From Eledone cirrhosa (taxonomy: Eukaryota): a stretch of DNA of 64,000 nt. The position numbers and the translations under genes were made by a program. The notes beneath the pieces were generated by a model. The model ran no database searches, was not told the DNA's origin, and was given only the letters and a program-made list of their open reading frames with translations. Shown piece after piece: positions 44,715 to 57,912 of the stretch (position 1 is the stretch's first letter; each line of letters opens with the position of its first letter). The stretch is taken from the NCBI GenBank assembly GCA_964016885.1, contig OZ024742.1, positions 87,110,001 through 87,174,000 on the forward strand. Direction: 5' to 3'.

Positions 44715-45032
44715 AAGGGAGAGGTAGCAAAATATATAAATGGATTGACTTAGTGACCCGGCCACCCGCCAAACGTCAACAAACTATGGCACTGCTGGCT
44801 CCCCCTTCCTCACCAACAACATAAAACGCCCCAGCACCACCACCGACATAGCCAACAACAATAACAGGCAACTTCAGCAAAAAGTATATTATATTATTGT
44901 AATCCACTGGGTAATTGCTGGCCTTGTGCCTGGAGTGGAGACAATTATTAATAATTTCATTCTTAAGCCACGCAATGTTCACATTGAGAAACCACTCATG
45001 ATAATAACAATTTAAAAAACAACAAAAAAGAA
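44715..45032 (+). repeat. ~320-bp direct repeat, copy 2
   Basis: Matches 39211-39538. Confidence 0.9.
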
Positions 45033-45425
45033 TATCCAAGTGTGCAACGTTGAATTATGTTTCACACATAGTGATTCAAACTTAGATATGTATCACAAGA
45101 TAAGACCAGTTAAGACCAGTTATATTCATAACTGGTCTCAAGTCTTTAGTCATGCGGGTGTCTACAACTACCAGAAAAAGAGTGTTAAATGTGCTCAAAT
45201 CTCTATGCGCCTCTATAAGTGTTAATGAAATAACATGTCACCTTCAATTTTCAGCAGAAAGATTTAGTTATACTTATCTGTGAGCTGCTGTTCTTTGATC
45301 GGTTAACTTTCATAACGATTAACACTCTATACGACGCTGTGTTCAAATTGCACCTAATCCATTAAATACTGCATGAGACATATGATAGTCATTTCTAGAA
45401 ATAGGCATTTACAACTCACACACAG

Positions 45426-45480
<55 letters not shown>

Positions 45481-45492
45481 AATGTATCTATA

Positions 45493-45594
<102 letters not shown>

Positions 45595-45710
45595 GGTGTG
45601 TGTGTTCAGATTCTGCGACAGTTGAGACATACAAGTTAAATTATACATTTTGTCTTGTGTTTCGCTCAAAATAGAACATTGGTTTTATTTTATTCGTTTC
45701 TGTTCTACCT

Positions 45711-45803
<93 letters not shown>

Positions 45804-46045
45804 TATATAGCTTCAAAATGTATCGTAATTCAAAACACTGTCGCTTGCTAGTTGGATCCTAAGAGTAAAAGAAAAATAGATTAGTAAAACCTAAGTGAAC
45901 ACGTGATCATAATGTTGAGAGGAATTTATGTTATTGTATGGATACCATTTTCTTCTGAACTAAATGTGTAAGGTATAAAAGTACAACTCCCCAATGCATT
46001 TTGTTTCACATATATAAATAACTATTAAATGATTTAACTTACTGT

Positions 46046-46111
<66 letters not shown>

Positions 46112-46275
46112 TGTCTGCTATTACCCATTCTACTACCCTAAGTATTGAGTACGCTGGTGCCTTATGATCCAAACAAAAAGTGAATACTAACCAATACTTA
46201 TTACTAATTTTTACTTATTCCTAATTAAAATATTTTTCAGTGGGAAATATTTGTCAGCATTTTCTTTTCGTTTTA

Positions 46276-46359
<84 letters not shown>

Positions 46360-46363
<4 letters not shown>

Positions 46364-47220
46364 AAAACATTACTAGATACGTAAATGCGTACGTACGTTT
46401 CGTTGATGATGGACTTGTTAAACCATTGCCCTTAAGTATCAAACCAAAAGCAGATAATCCACATGATCCAGGGGAGACATTTTTGTGTGAGAAATTAAGA
46501 GAGAGGGCAAACGCTAAATTAATAGTTAATGATAATGATGAATATTTAAGTGTTGGCCTTTGAGAAATCAATCAGTTAATGAATATATATAGATATTAAG
46601 GAGGCCATTTCTTCAAATGGTATTTAGAAATGTGAGAACCTCCCGATGAGAATTCGGGTCTGTTTTAATTGTAGTGGTATTCTTCAGAAGAATATTCAAT
46701 ATCCACCAATGTTCACCATTATAGTATCTGCAACCAATGAAGCTGTTTAAATATCCCCGAAATGTTCTTGTACTATTCAACCGATGAAGACAAATTTCAT
46801 CTCTTTGGGTTGCCATTATGTATGTTTCCACATTTGTGGTGTTTTGTTTATTTGGGTAATTGAAAACGTTTTGTGACTGAAGAATCGGTTGGTAATCTCC
46901 ATGTATACCAACGTAATTCCAGAACCCTGGAGAATAGGACATGTTCTGTCCCCGGAATTACGTTGGTATATCAGAGAGCCAATCTACAAACCGCTTCCTC
47001 GATCAGGAAACGACCTTCAAATACCAAAATAACAAAAACACTTCAAATTTGGCAAGATAAATTGTGCAACTCAATGACAGGAACATTGATTACTTCCTTA
47101 GATGGATTATCCTAGAAAACTGCTGTCTATATATACATGGACATGTGCTCATGTTTCTAAGTGCCATCTGCAAAGATAGCTTCCTCAATATTGATTTATA
47201 TCTTTCTCAAACGAGCGATT
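46360..47220 (+). pseudogene. Decayed intronless coding-like island, possibly Polinton/adintovirus-like
   Basis: Protein-like + strand frames run through scattered stops. 46901-47032 gives MYTNVIPEPWRIGHVLSPELRWYIREPIYKPL, loosely like Polinton minor-capsid C-termini. Confidence 0.35.
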
Positions 47221-48395
47221 ATTTCTAAACCCCCCCCCCCCTAATTATTAGTCATGAGTGTTACATAGAAATGTAACGTTTAATGAGAGTTTTCTAAGGT
47301 CAAAGTGTCTCTCGTTGAATTATATGCCCTTGTTTCGAATCTCTTTCTTTTTGTTTCGCTCCTCTGTTTGATAATGTTGGTCCTCCTTCACGTACGGTGG
47401 TGCCTGGCATGGTGCCTTTGTAGTAACTGGCCTATATGTTTATCTTCAACTAGCCCTACGGATTTTAGTAGATTTATATATAATACTATATATATATTGC
47501 TGTATGTGAATCTATTTGCATCTCAAACTTTAACTTCCTGGTTTATATAATGAGAAATTTATGTTTTATTCTAATAATCCTAAGAGAACAATGATATTTA
47601 GAAAATCAGGCAAAAGTAACGTGTGCGTGTAATGATATATTGAAAGGCCTCAGCATTTCCGCATATATATCAGAAGGGAAAACCATACGCTTATTGCGAA
47701 CATAATATAAATAATCTCAAATTATACATTGATGGTTATCTGTATTTACCACATATTCGATGACACTAATGATCGTTATTCCAATTATGCGTGAAGGTTG
47801 CTCAGCATTTCAGAGACATCTACACACTTAATGACATCCACAGGTTGTTTCTGCATGACATTGTGTGATACATATAAAAACAATGTTGGTTTTAATCAAT
47901 TTTAATCACTAAGCTTTTCTCGGCGTGGGCCTGTATTCGATGTTGTCGACGATAAAAGGGAGTGGAATTGAATAAAATCATTATCACAGCGGAACGAATT
48001 ATGAAACTTTTTTTCATGATGTATTCGATATTAGATCATCAATATTAATCCTGGCAATGGAATAATACATAATCATCCGTTGTATCAGAACAATATAATT
48101 ATATCAAAGCACTGGGCACGCGAGAGATTCAATTAAATACATTTCGTATTGTTGTCAATTGTGAAAGGTTGCCAACTGATATTGAAGGCCAATTCAAACA
48201 ATAACATTCCAGCTAGGTACATGTCCTTCGAAATATGTCAAATATATGGTTGCTGTCCAATTCAGAAAATATTACATCCCTTACAGACACTTAGAAGTCA
48301 GCCTTGAAATACTACAATCTATCATTCTTGAATTATGATTTGGCTGCAGAAAATATATCCCCCTCTCTCTCTCTCTCCCTCTCTCTCTCTCTCTG

Positions 48396-48610
<215 letters not shown>

Positions 48611-49414
48611 ATATATAACAATAATTCTTAAGAACATTCTGAGTCGGACACCTCAGCAATTTATCCGGGTCTTTACCTTTGGACTTAAAGTCATCCAACC
48701 TTTAACAGTGATCGATATTTATTTTTATATATCTGATATAAAGATTCTGATCTCATGTAAGTAAGCCAGATTGGTAGGGATCATATATTTAATCTGTTTG
48801 TGTTTTTCGCGCATTGTTGTGCACCTTTCTTGACAAGTTTTGAATAACACTAAATATCTAAAGCCATATACAGAGAATACATATGCAAAGGTTCATTACC
48901 TTGCAGTCAGAGGAACAAGGATCATGTCGTTTTCACCTTATACATGCCTGCTAAGATTGGTGTAATAGATGCCCAGTTTGAAATGACGCAAAGCTAAATC
49001 TAGAGAATGTCTAGTCTGAATTGTGTTTACAATCGTACAGGAGAAAATTCCTATCGTCTTCACTTAACGCTAATGCATAAAATATTCTAAAATACCATTT
49101 ATATCGTACACCTCACCAGTGTCTAAGATAGTTGACGTAAGGTCGAAAAAAACAAAACAAATACAATGTACTGTATACCCTTATTCCAATTTAATTGTTT
49201 TAACTCCACGTATGCATAGTCCCATAACTTCTGAGGGAGTAGAAGGTACGCCGTATTCTTATAAAACATTTCTATGCAATGGTTCGTAAACATAGTTTAA
49301 CCAAATCCAAATACAGCTTGCGTCTTCCATAGATGGATAGAATGCGAAAAAATGGAATAGATAAAGAGATATAGAAGAAAACCAGACACCACTAATTGAC
49401 TGGTTCGTTTCCTT

Positions 49415-49520
49415 ATCGATTTCGAATGGATGAAATGCAAAGTTGCCCTCAGCAGAAAGTGAACTCAGAGAGCAGATACGCGAATTATATGCCGCAAATC
49501 ATTCTATCCGATGTTGAAAT
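49415..49520 (-). mobile_element. Old, divergent SINE copy
   Basis: tatcga..ggatgaaatgcaaagttgccctc..gaactcag..ctgtgccaattcacc. Confidence 0.55.
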
Positions 49521-50017
49521 AACTGTGCCAATTCACCTTCTACATCATCAATAAATTACACTAATCTCAGGCAAATCTACTTGCCAAGTAGCCTGAATAT
49601 TACCTATTCAATATCCGCAGCCAGACATTCGTCATCAATTCTATACAATCAATGCAAATAATAAAAACCTCTTCGTACAACTATCCATATTTAAAGCAAA
49701 TATCAGTAAGAAATATATTACAGCATTTAGAATTTCCTTTCCCTCAAACCACATGGGTCTTACTTGAAGCCACACGAAACTAACATCAATAAATTCACAT
49801 TATCTCTCCTTATTTCCTTTACGTTAAATGAAACATCACGTACAAGTACAAAAATAAATAATTTTAAGCGGTAATTCGACATTCAAAATATATATAGCAG
49901 CCGTCAAAGCTGAACGTAATATTTTGAAAATTACAAACACCTCCCCCAACACATATCAATCGCTGTCGTCTGCAAGACAACCCGTATCCGTAAAATACCT
50001 AAAATAACATCAAATGG

Positions 50018-50052
50018 AAGGCGGCGCTGTTTCTTAATTACTCATCAATATG
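50018..50052 (-). ncRNA. Degenerate hammerhead relic downstream of the minus-strand Penelope
   Basis: The minus strand reads ta-TTGATGA-gtaattaa-GAAA-cagcgccgcc, probably decayed from palindromic acagcgctgt-c. Confidence 0.4.
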
Positions 50053-50363
50053 TTACTATAATCAATAATTTACCTGCTATCAGAGTTAAGTGGTACACAT
50101 TCACTTTCTCTCTGTAGGGATTACAAAATAAGCGTGAGCATGAGAGTGTGTGTGTTTGTGTGTATGGGTGTGTTTGTGTATGTGCGTGTGTGCATGTATG
50201 TGTGTGTGGGTGTATGTGTGTGCGTGTGTTATTATAGGTCCGTACGAAACTAAGAAGCGATATGTGTGTATATGTGAGTAAAAGAGTGTTTGTTCATATA
50301 AGTACGAAGCTATGAGCAAAGAGAAAGCGATATGAATCTAGGGGTGGGATAAAGGTCGGGGTA

Positions 50364-50990
50364 TTAGAGAAATTGGGGAGGTGAGTTCAGTCCAAGAGGG
50401 GAATAGGACCAACGATGGTGAACCAAACTGTGTTCACTCCTGGTGCGCGAGGCCTGTGTTCCATGATGTAAAAGGGCACACATGACTGAAACATGTAAGG
50501 AAGAATAACCAGGAGAACAGAAATGACGGGCGAGAGGAGTATCCAAACCGAGTCGTATGTCCCTCAAATGTTCGGCAAACCGGTCCGCCATACGGAGTTC
50601 CGTTTGTCTGATATATAAAGACCCGCAAAGGGAAATCCGTAGGGAATAGACAACGTGGGTGGATGTGCAGGTGAAGGAATGGCGGATACGGAAAGACCCG
50701 TTAGGGCCTGTAAGATTGGTGTGGGTGGAAATAAAAGGACAAGTGTTGCAGTGGGAATGGGAATAGGGATGAGAGCTGGGTGGTGTCGTGGGAGAGGACG
50801 AAAAAGAACTGCGAACCAGGATGTCGCGCAGGTTTCGGGCGCGCTTAAAAGCAGTAATGTCGTGGTCCGAAGAGAGGATACGGAAGGAACGGAGGATGTG
50901 TCGCCGGAGTGGTAGGGTTCTGGGGTGGTAATTCAGGTGAGAGGGATGTGGTGCGGTCTGTTTTACGGGCACGGGTGAGAGCAGCTTGGA
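50364..50990 (-). mobile_element. Penelope-like element 3' fragment with GIY-YIG endonuclease
   Basis: AFKRARNLRDILVRS..C.TCPFI..FTCTSTHVVYSLRISLCGSLYIRQT..MADRFAEHLRDI..PLARHF..SE...PLGLN. Confidence 0.88.
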
Positions 50991-51112
50991 TTTTATCGAC
51001 CACGTAAAGATGAAAGGCAAAATTAACCACGGCTGGATTTGTCCGGAAAGGGACAAGTGGATATGCTAAACATGTTTATACAAAATTATTTTTAGCATAT
51101 CCACTCACACCA
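50991..51112 (-). mobile_element. SINE 5' part abutting the Penelope fragment
   Basis: ttttatcgaccacgtaaagatgaaaggcaaaattaaccacggctggatttg is the reverse complement of the SINE core. Confidence 0.7.
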
Positions 51113-51537
51113 CTTCTAACGTCCAGCGCACGAGGTGAGATATTTATTCGTGTGTCTTTTAGTTGTATGTGTTTGTTACATTTGATCATATCTCTCGCTG
51201 AGGAAAGCGTACGGATTATCTGTTACAAACGCAATGTTCAGGGCGAAACAGGTTAAATCTCTAATCTGTCCGAGAGATGAAATAGTTATTGAGACGGTAT
51301 GTATATATATTCTATATTCGGTTTGCTTCAGATTAAATTTATCAGACCAATGTGGTATTTCAGCCCTGGTAATTTTAGACACACAATTTACTGTGTTTAT
51401 TTCTACATTTATTATTATATATTGGTCAGTATTTATACTTTGAGCTTGTTAGTTTCAGGGTATCAATATGAGTGAGTAACTCTGTATTTTATTTGTATAT
51501 ATATATATACACTTACGCAATCACGCACACACATATA

Positions 51538-51578
<41 letters not shown>

Positions 51579-51751
51579 CGCTTTACATCTTTGAATATGA
51601 CTGCGTGTATTTGTCGATACTTATATGTGTATTCTGATATGTGACTAAATATGTGACTGCAGAGATTTCTCTTAATGTCACGTTTATCACGATGTATCCT
51701 GAATTTGAATTAGTTTACACAAACACACACAAATATATGTATATATACACA

Positions 51752-51917
<166 letters not shown>

Positions 51918-52763
51918 GTGTGTGCATGTGTGTTTATGTGTGAGTGTGTTATGGGAGGGAGACTGAGTGAAAGAAAAAAAGAAAACAATATTTGAATCTC
52001 CTTGCTACTGACATGATGTTACATATTTATTTCATTTAGGATGCCTCATCATGAAATACGGTCTCTATATTTATTGTGTCTTTTTCCTATCTTCAGCGTT
52101 AACAGCCCTCTAGATTTAATATCGTTCTATGGATAATTTTGTTTGTTAATAAATAAGGTCAATGTGTCTAACGGAGCAATCGATGGAACAGGGAATAATA
52201 TTCTGTCAGAGTGAAAGAAATTGCAGCATTACGTATGAATAAATCTGACAATTGTAATAGTAAATATGAGTTGTTCTTTAGAAATCGTAATTCGGATTCG
52301 ACAGGAAAAATCAAACAACCATTGTCTTGATAACAATAGACACTGTTATATCTTATATTAAAATTTAGTTATCTCTAATCTTTGCACTGTGGAGAAAATT
52401 TTTAAGAACCAGTTGACAAAATAATATCTTACGGTAGGCCACAATGCAATGGTTATATATTTTTTCTTCATGCGGTTGACCGTTTCACTGTCAACATTAA
52501 ATAATTCATCGTACAAATCCTCGAATATGCTATAGGAATTCAAAAGAGAAGCCCAAGGAACATTAATATGTAAGAGAGCACGTTAGTGAGTTAAATGAAA
52601 GGGAAAACTGTGCAAGATAAAATTGGGAGTGGGAAAATGTATGTCTTTCGGAGGTTTGTCATAAACCTTGCTGATTTGCATAGCAAACATTTGAAATTAA
52701 TGAAAACATATACACACTCACGCACGTATTATTCAAGCACGCACAGACAAAACACACATGCAC

Positions 52764-52851
<88 letters not shown>

Positions 52852-52863
52852 GTGTGTGCGTAT

Positions 52864-52904
<41 letters not shown>

Positions 52905-52987
52905 TGTGTGTATGTGGGTGCGTCTGTGTGGGTGTGCGTGTATACAGAGAGATATAGAGTGTGTGTGAGAGAGAGAGAGAGCGAGGG

Positions 52988-53080
<93 letters not shown>

Positions 53081-53889
53081 CAGAATGAAATCATAGAAAG
53101 ATACCGACAGTGATACTAACAGGGAAACACAATTACGCATCACACTAAGGAATGTGTGAAAACGAGGAGATTTTGTTTAACACTCACAATTACTGGCAAG
53201 TAAATCGAATACTTTTATTTATTTGTATAGGTTACGTATGAGTGGAACGCCCGTTGTGCCGATTCTTTCGGCAGCATTTCATTTCCTTTCAAAATATAAT
53301 AGATTGGATTTTAGAATTTTGCACAAACTGTTACATTTCTGATTACGGTATGCTAATATCAAATACACTCCTCATAACAAAATAATTTCGACAGATATTA
53401 ATCTATCGGTAGTTCTTCATTATCTAAGTCCGAAAAATACTCTTCGACGTAACAGTAATGGATTTTGCAAGCTTGCACCGTTTCTGATTTAAATTATATA
53501 TAAATATATGTATGTATATGTGTGTGTGTGTGTGTGCGTATGTGTGTGTGTGTGCGCGCATGTGTGTGTGCATGTGTTAGTATTTGAGTTTGTTGAGGGT
53601 GTATATGAATACGTGTACGGAAATGCAACATGCCCTATCGCAGGAGACATTGTGAAAGAATAAGGACACTTAAATAATAAGCATTGAGCCGACTGATAAC
53701 AACATGAGGGAATATTTATGGCCTTTAATATTCCAGATGCCTATTGCAAGAACTTACGGCAACCAGGGACACCCAGTTTGAAATAGCCGTCAACAAAGCC
53801 ATCACTCGACGAAAATGTAACATGAGCATCTAAACACACTAGTGGCAGCTAGGAATAGTAATTCTAACCAGTCAGGGTATGTTCAATCA

Positions 53890-54580
53890 CCTTTTGTTCA
53901 AAACTGACTAAAGAACGATGAAGGAAGGTATACGATGCTGATGACAGCTAATAAGTTAGAAACCAGTTCATCGTTCCTTAGTCAGTGTTGAACAAAAGGG
54001 AAACGATGGTTGCCGAACACTGTACGGCTACTAAATCGGGATGTTTGTTTACAAACAAACTGTACATTATAATAAATGTTCGGTAAAGCCATACGTAGAT
54101 GTATATATATATGTGCATGCATGTATGTATATACATACTAGTGTACGTCTGTATACATATATATATATGTACGTATACATACGTATATTTACGTATCAGC
54201 AGTAAGCGTGAGAAAAGAAATTTCATTTTTTCCGTTTATCCTTTTCGGTACACCCGGCCGACTGACTCATTCGATATGCAAATTAGGCTGCTCAGCCGTT
54301 AATATGTATAAGGAAAGTATATACTTTCAAACGTTCAATTGCCTAACAAGAAGGTATACGATGGTGATGACAGCTAATAAGTTAGAAATTAGTTCATCGT
54401 TCTTTAGTCGGTGTTGACCGAAAGGGCAACGATGGTTGCCGAACACTGTACGGCTACTAATTCGTGGTGTTTATTTACAAACGAACCGAGCATTGTAATA
54501 AATGTTCGGTAAACCCATACGTACATGTATTTATGTGTGCATGTATGTATGTATATACATACTAGTGTACGTATGTATGC
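53890..54580 (+). mobile_element. Non-autonomous Penelope-like/retrozyme-like element: inverted stub plus two tandem hammerhead-bearing repeats (period 426 bp)
   Basis: 53924-~54150 matches 54350-~54580. 53890-53922 is an inverted copy of 53967-53999. Confidence 0.7.
53932..53974 (+). ncRNA. Minimal type I hammerhead ribozyme with intact CUGAUGA/GAAA core
   Basis: acgatg-CTGATGA-cagct aata agtta-GAAA-cca-GTT-catcgt. A second copy at 54358-54400 has GTGATGA. Confidence 0.75.
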
Positions 54581-54649
54581 ATGTAACGTATGTTATGCAT
54601 GTACGTATATATAAATATATCTACATATATATATATATATACGTATAAT

Positions 54650-55790
54650 AACACTATCCCAACATCACCTGGGAGGAAAGGTATGGTCCACCCTATTCTT
54701 GCTGTCATTAACTAGTAATCAACAACACAGAAAATACTTGCCCCGAATACCGAATAGAAGATAACCTTTACGCACATCGGAATTATGTTGATTTCCGAAT
54801 TCTCAATCCTCCTCATTAGAGTACCAGTTCCTGCTATTCTGAATTAAACCTGGTGGAACACGAGATTCATGAAATTATGCTCCATCTTTGAAAACAAGAT
54901 ACATAAGTAAGATTTGGCAGACCTTCCAAATTGATGATTGCGATTTTGGCTTTTAAACCTACCTGCCGTTTACTGATTATCGTATCCTGAAGTTGGTATA
55001 TTACTGCATCAGCTCCAACATTTCGAGTACTTAAATCTGCTTCCTCCGACACATCACTCATGACATACCTCCGTAATACTTAAATGCCTTCACCTGATTC
55101 AATAGAAATTTACTCACAAATAGAGTGATCGGGACAGACAGCCTTGAGAGGATGGGTGCAGTAGTGTTCTTGGCACTGATGTTCATTCCTTTCGTGCTAT
55201 ACTCGGATGGAAATATGTCAATTCCATGTCGGAGCTCACCTTTGTATGAATTAAGAAGTACCAAGTGGTCCACAAGTTCCAGTCGACTGAGCCTACACCT
55301 GCCATGCATGAAACCACTTCCAACCCGGCTGCGGATGTGAAACCTGTCCACGAAGATTATGAACGGGGTAGATGATAGCACATCATCTTGCTTGGTCGAA
55401 ACAATTGACTGGTTTTGCCTAAGCAGCATTTATCCGAATACAAATACTAGGGCATTTGTATCACTAGGGTGACAAAAGTTGTCCATCGATCCAATATCCT
55501 TAAAAAAGCCCTCCACAACAATTTCGTGCATTATGATCGAATGTTGTTTCGAGAACAACGAAACAATGCATTACATTCTCCCAGAATACCAACCTCAGAA
55601 TGAATATTTGATCAGCTGTGCTGCTTCGGGACAAACACCTAAATAGCAATGTTTGAACACGTCCCTTAACATCACTCGCGAATAACTTTTTATGCCCGTT
55701 TCCAAGTTAGGTTCACTGATTCTGCAGTTGCCTGTTAATTGATTTTCACATATTGCTTTCGCCAGATAATAAAAATACATATTAGTATAA
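54650..55790 (-). mobile_element. Decayed RTE-clade LINE (RT region)
   Basis: Q..VLSSTPFIIFVD; LELVDHLVLL (decayed YADD motif); GMNISAKNT; LNQVKAFKYYG; RNVGADAVIYQL..KAK. Confidence 0.75.
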
Positions 55791-55954
55791 CTATTTTGTC
55801 TAGTCGATGTTTAATACCATTCGAGATTTTAATTTATTTCACTCTCTAGAACAGCAATATCGATAATTCTTGATTTTGATTAGAATTAATAATATTTTAG
55901 AATAGAAATATGAATTTGGTAGATAAGGAATGTTCACCTCTTACACTGCATAAT

Positions 55955-56106
55955 GGGTAGAGCATCAATCAACATGCTTTGCAACTTATAGTTGTGGCCT
56001 TTTAATTCTGATTTCAAATCCCGCTGAGGTTAACTAAGGGGACGATAAAATAAAGTACAGTAATGCACTGGGGTAATTATTGGCCTTGTGTAAAAAGTAG
56101 AAACAT
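55955..56106 (+). mobile_element. SINE copy with internal deletion
   Basis: ttcaaatcccgctgaggttaact..gacgataaaataaagtacagtaatgcactgg..ggccttgtgtaaaaagtagaaaca. Confidence 0.8.
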
Positions 56107-56250
56107 TTATTTACTTTTATCTTTATTTTGATATAACTTATTATCGAGCCATATATTTCTTTATATCTATCTATCTATTATATATACACACATACGCCCA
56201 CACACACACATATATATATGTTGGATTTTAGTCTTCAAATTTATTATTAT

Positions 56251-56289
<39 letters not shown>

Positions 56290-56701
56290 TGTGTGCTTGT
56301 GTGTGTCTATGTGTGTGTGCACATATGGGCATACGCATATTGATTCATACACACATTCAGATTTATGCTTATATGTCCTCATATGTTCACTCACACACGA
56401 ATATATTCCATTAATTCATAAAGACAAACAAATATATGTGATTATTCTTGCAAATAACTGTGTGTACAATATACAAGAATAAAAAAAACTGAAAAAAAAT
56501 CGGTCATTCTGAATATATGAATATTTGCTTTCAGGAACGTAAGAGGATATGCTTACAATATATACAAAATACAAATACATTTTTTTAAGCATAATTGAAA
56601 GTTGTTTTTTTCTTTTTAGATAACAGATGGGCTTATATTTATAATAAAACTTGTTAGAAATATATATATATATATATTTATATATTTATTTATTTATAGG
56701 A

Positions 56702-56742
<41 letters not shown>

Positions 56743-57249
56743 GGTGTGTGCGTGTGTGCGGGTGCGTGTGTGTGTGTGAGTGTGTGTGGTATGTGTATGT
56801 GAATACACGGGTATGTGTGTGTGTGTGAGACTGTGTGTGATTTAATTTGTTTTTGTTTTTTAAGAAAATCTATCAAACACTGGGGTAGACACCTTCCTAG
56901 ATAACAAGTTTATTTTATCCTAAGAACATCATGTCTGCGTAGTTTATAATCCACTTTCTTTTCTTCGCGTAAATCTTACTACCAGTATGTAATCTGTGAA
57001 GTTCTTAGTCTTACATACTCTTCTTAGTGATTTCACGCAATTTATGTTTACTGTGTCTTCAGGGAAAAATAAATAAATGCAATATGATATATTTATGATT
57101 TTTAGTATGCTTTGTTGTAGGTAGTCTTATATATATATATTTTTGTTCGTTCAGCATACTTGCATACATACATATATACATACATTCATATACACATACA
57201 CACATGCACGAGCACACTTACAGAAACACACACATATACACACACACAT

Positions 57250-57326
<77 letters not shown>

Positions 57327-57489
57327 CTATAGGAGTAGAACTGTTTCATTTCCAAGGAAATCATCAGGAAAGCCAACTGTCGTTGTGATATAGTGTTATT
57401 TATAAGTTGTTGTTGGTGGGGGAGGCATTTTAATGGCCGAGGTATTTTAAGAACAGTTCTTCTTTAAAATTATATTTAGAAAAATAGAT

Positions 57490-57647
57490 AATTGTTTCTA
57501 CTTTTGGCATAGGGCCAGCAATTACTGGTACTTTATTTTATCGACCCCGTAAGAATAAAAGGCAAAGTTTGAACTCAGTCCGTAAAGGGACGCAACTATG
57601 CTGGAAAACATGGTGTCCGACCATCTACCTATACTGCTAATCTACCA
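57490..57647 (-). mobile_element. SINE copy
   Basis: Matches the 15199 family. Confidence 0.85.
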
Positions 57648-57806
57648 ATGAAATAATTTCAATCTTGTAGAAACTATTTCTATATTAACATTTATTATCT
57701 ACTATGTATTGAGCACCATACTTACTGTGGTTACCCTCGATTAAACCTGGGATACAAGCGCAAACACAAACACACACACACATACGAACGCACACACACT
57801 CACACG

Positions 57807-57912
<106 letters not shown>

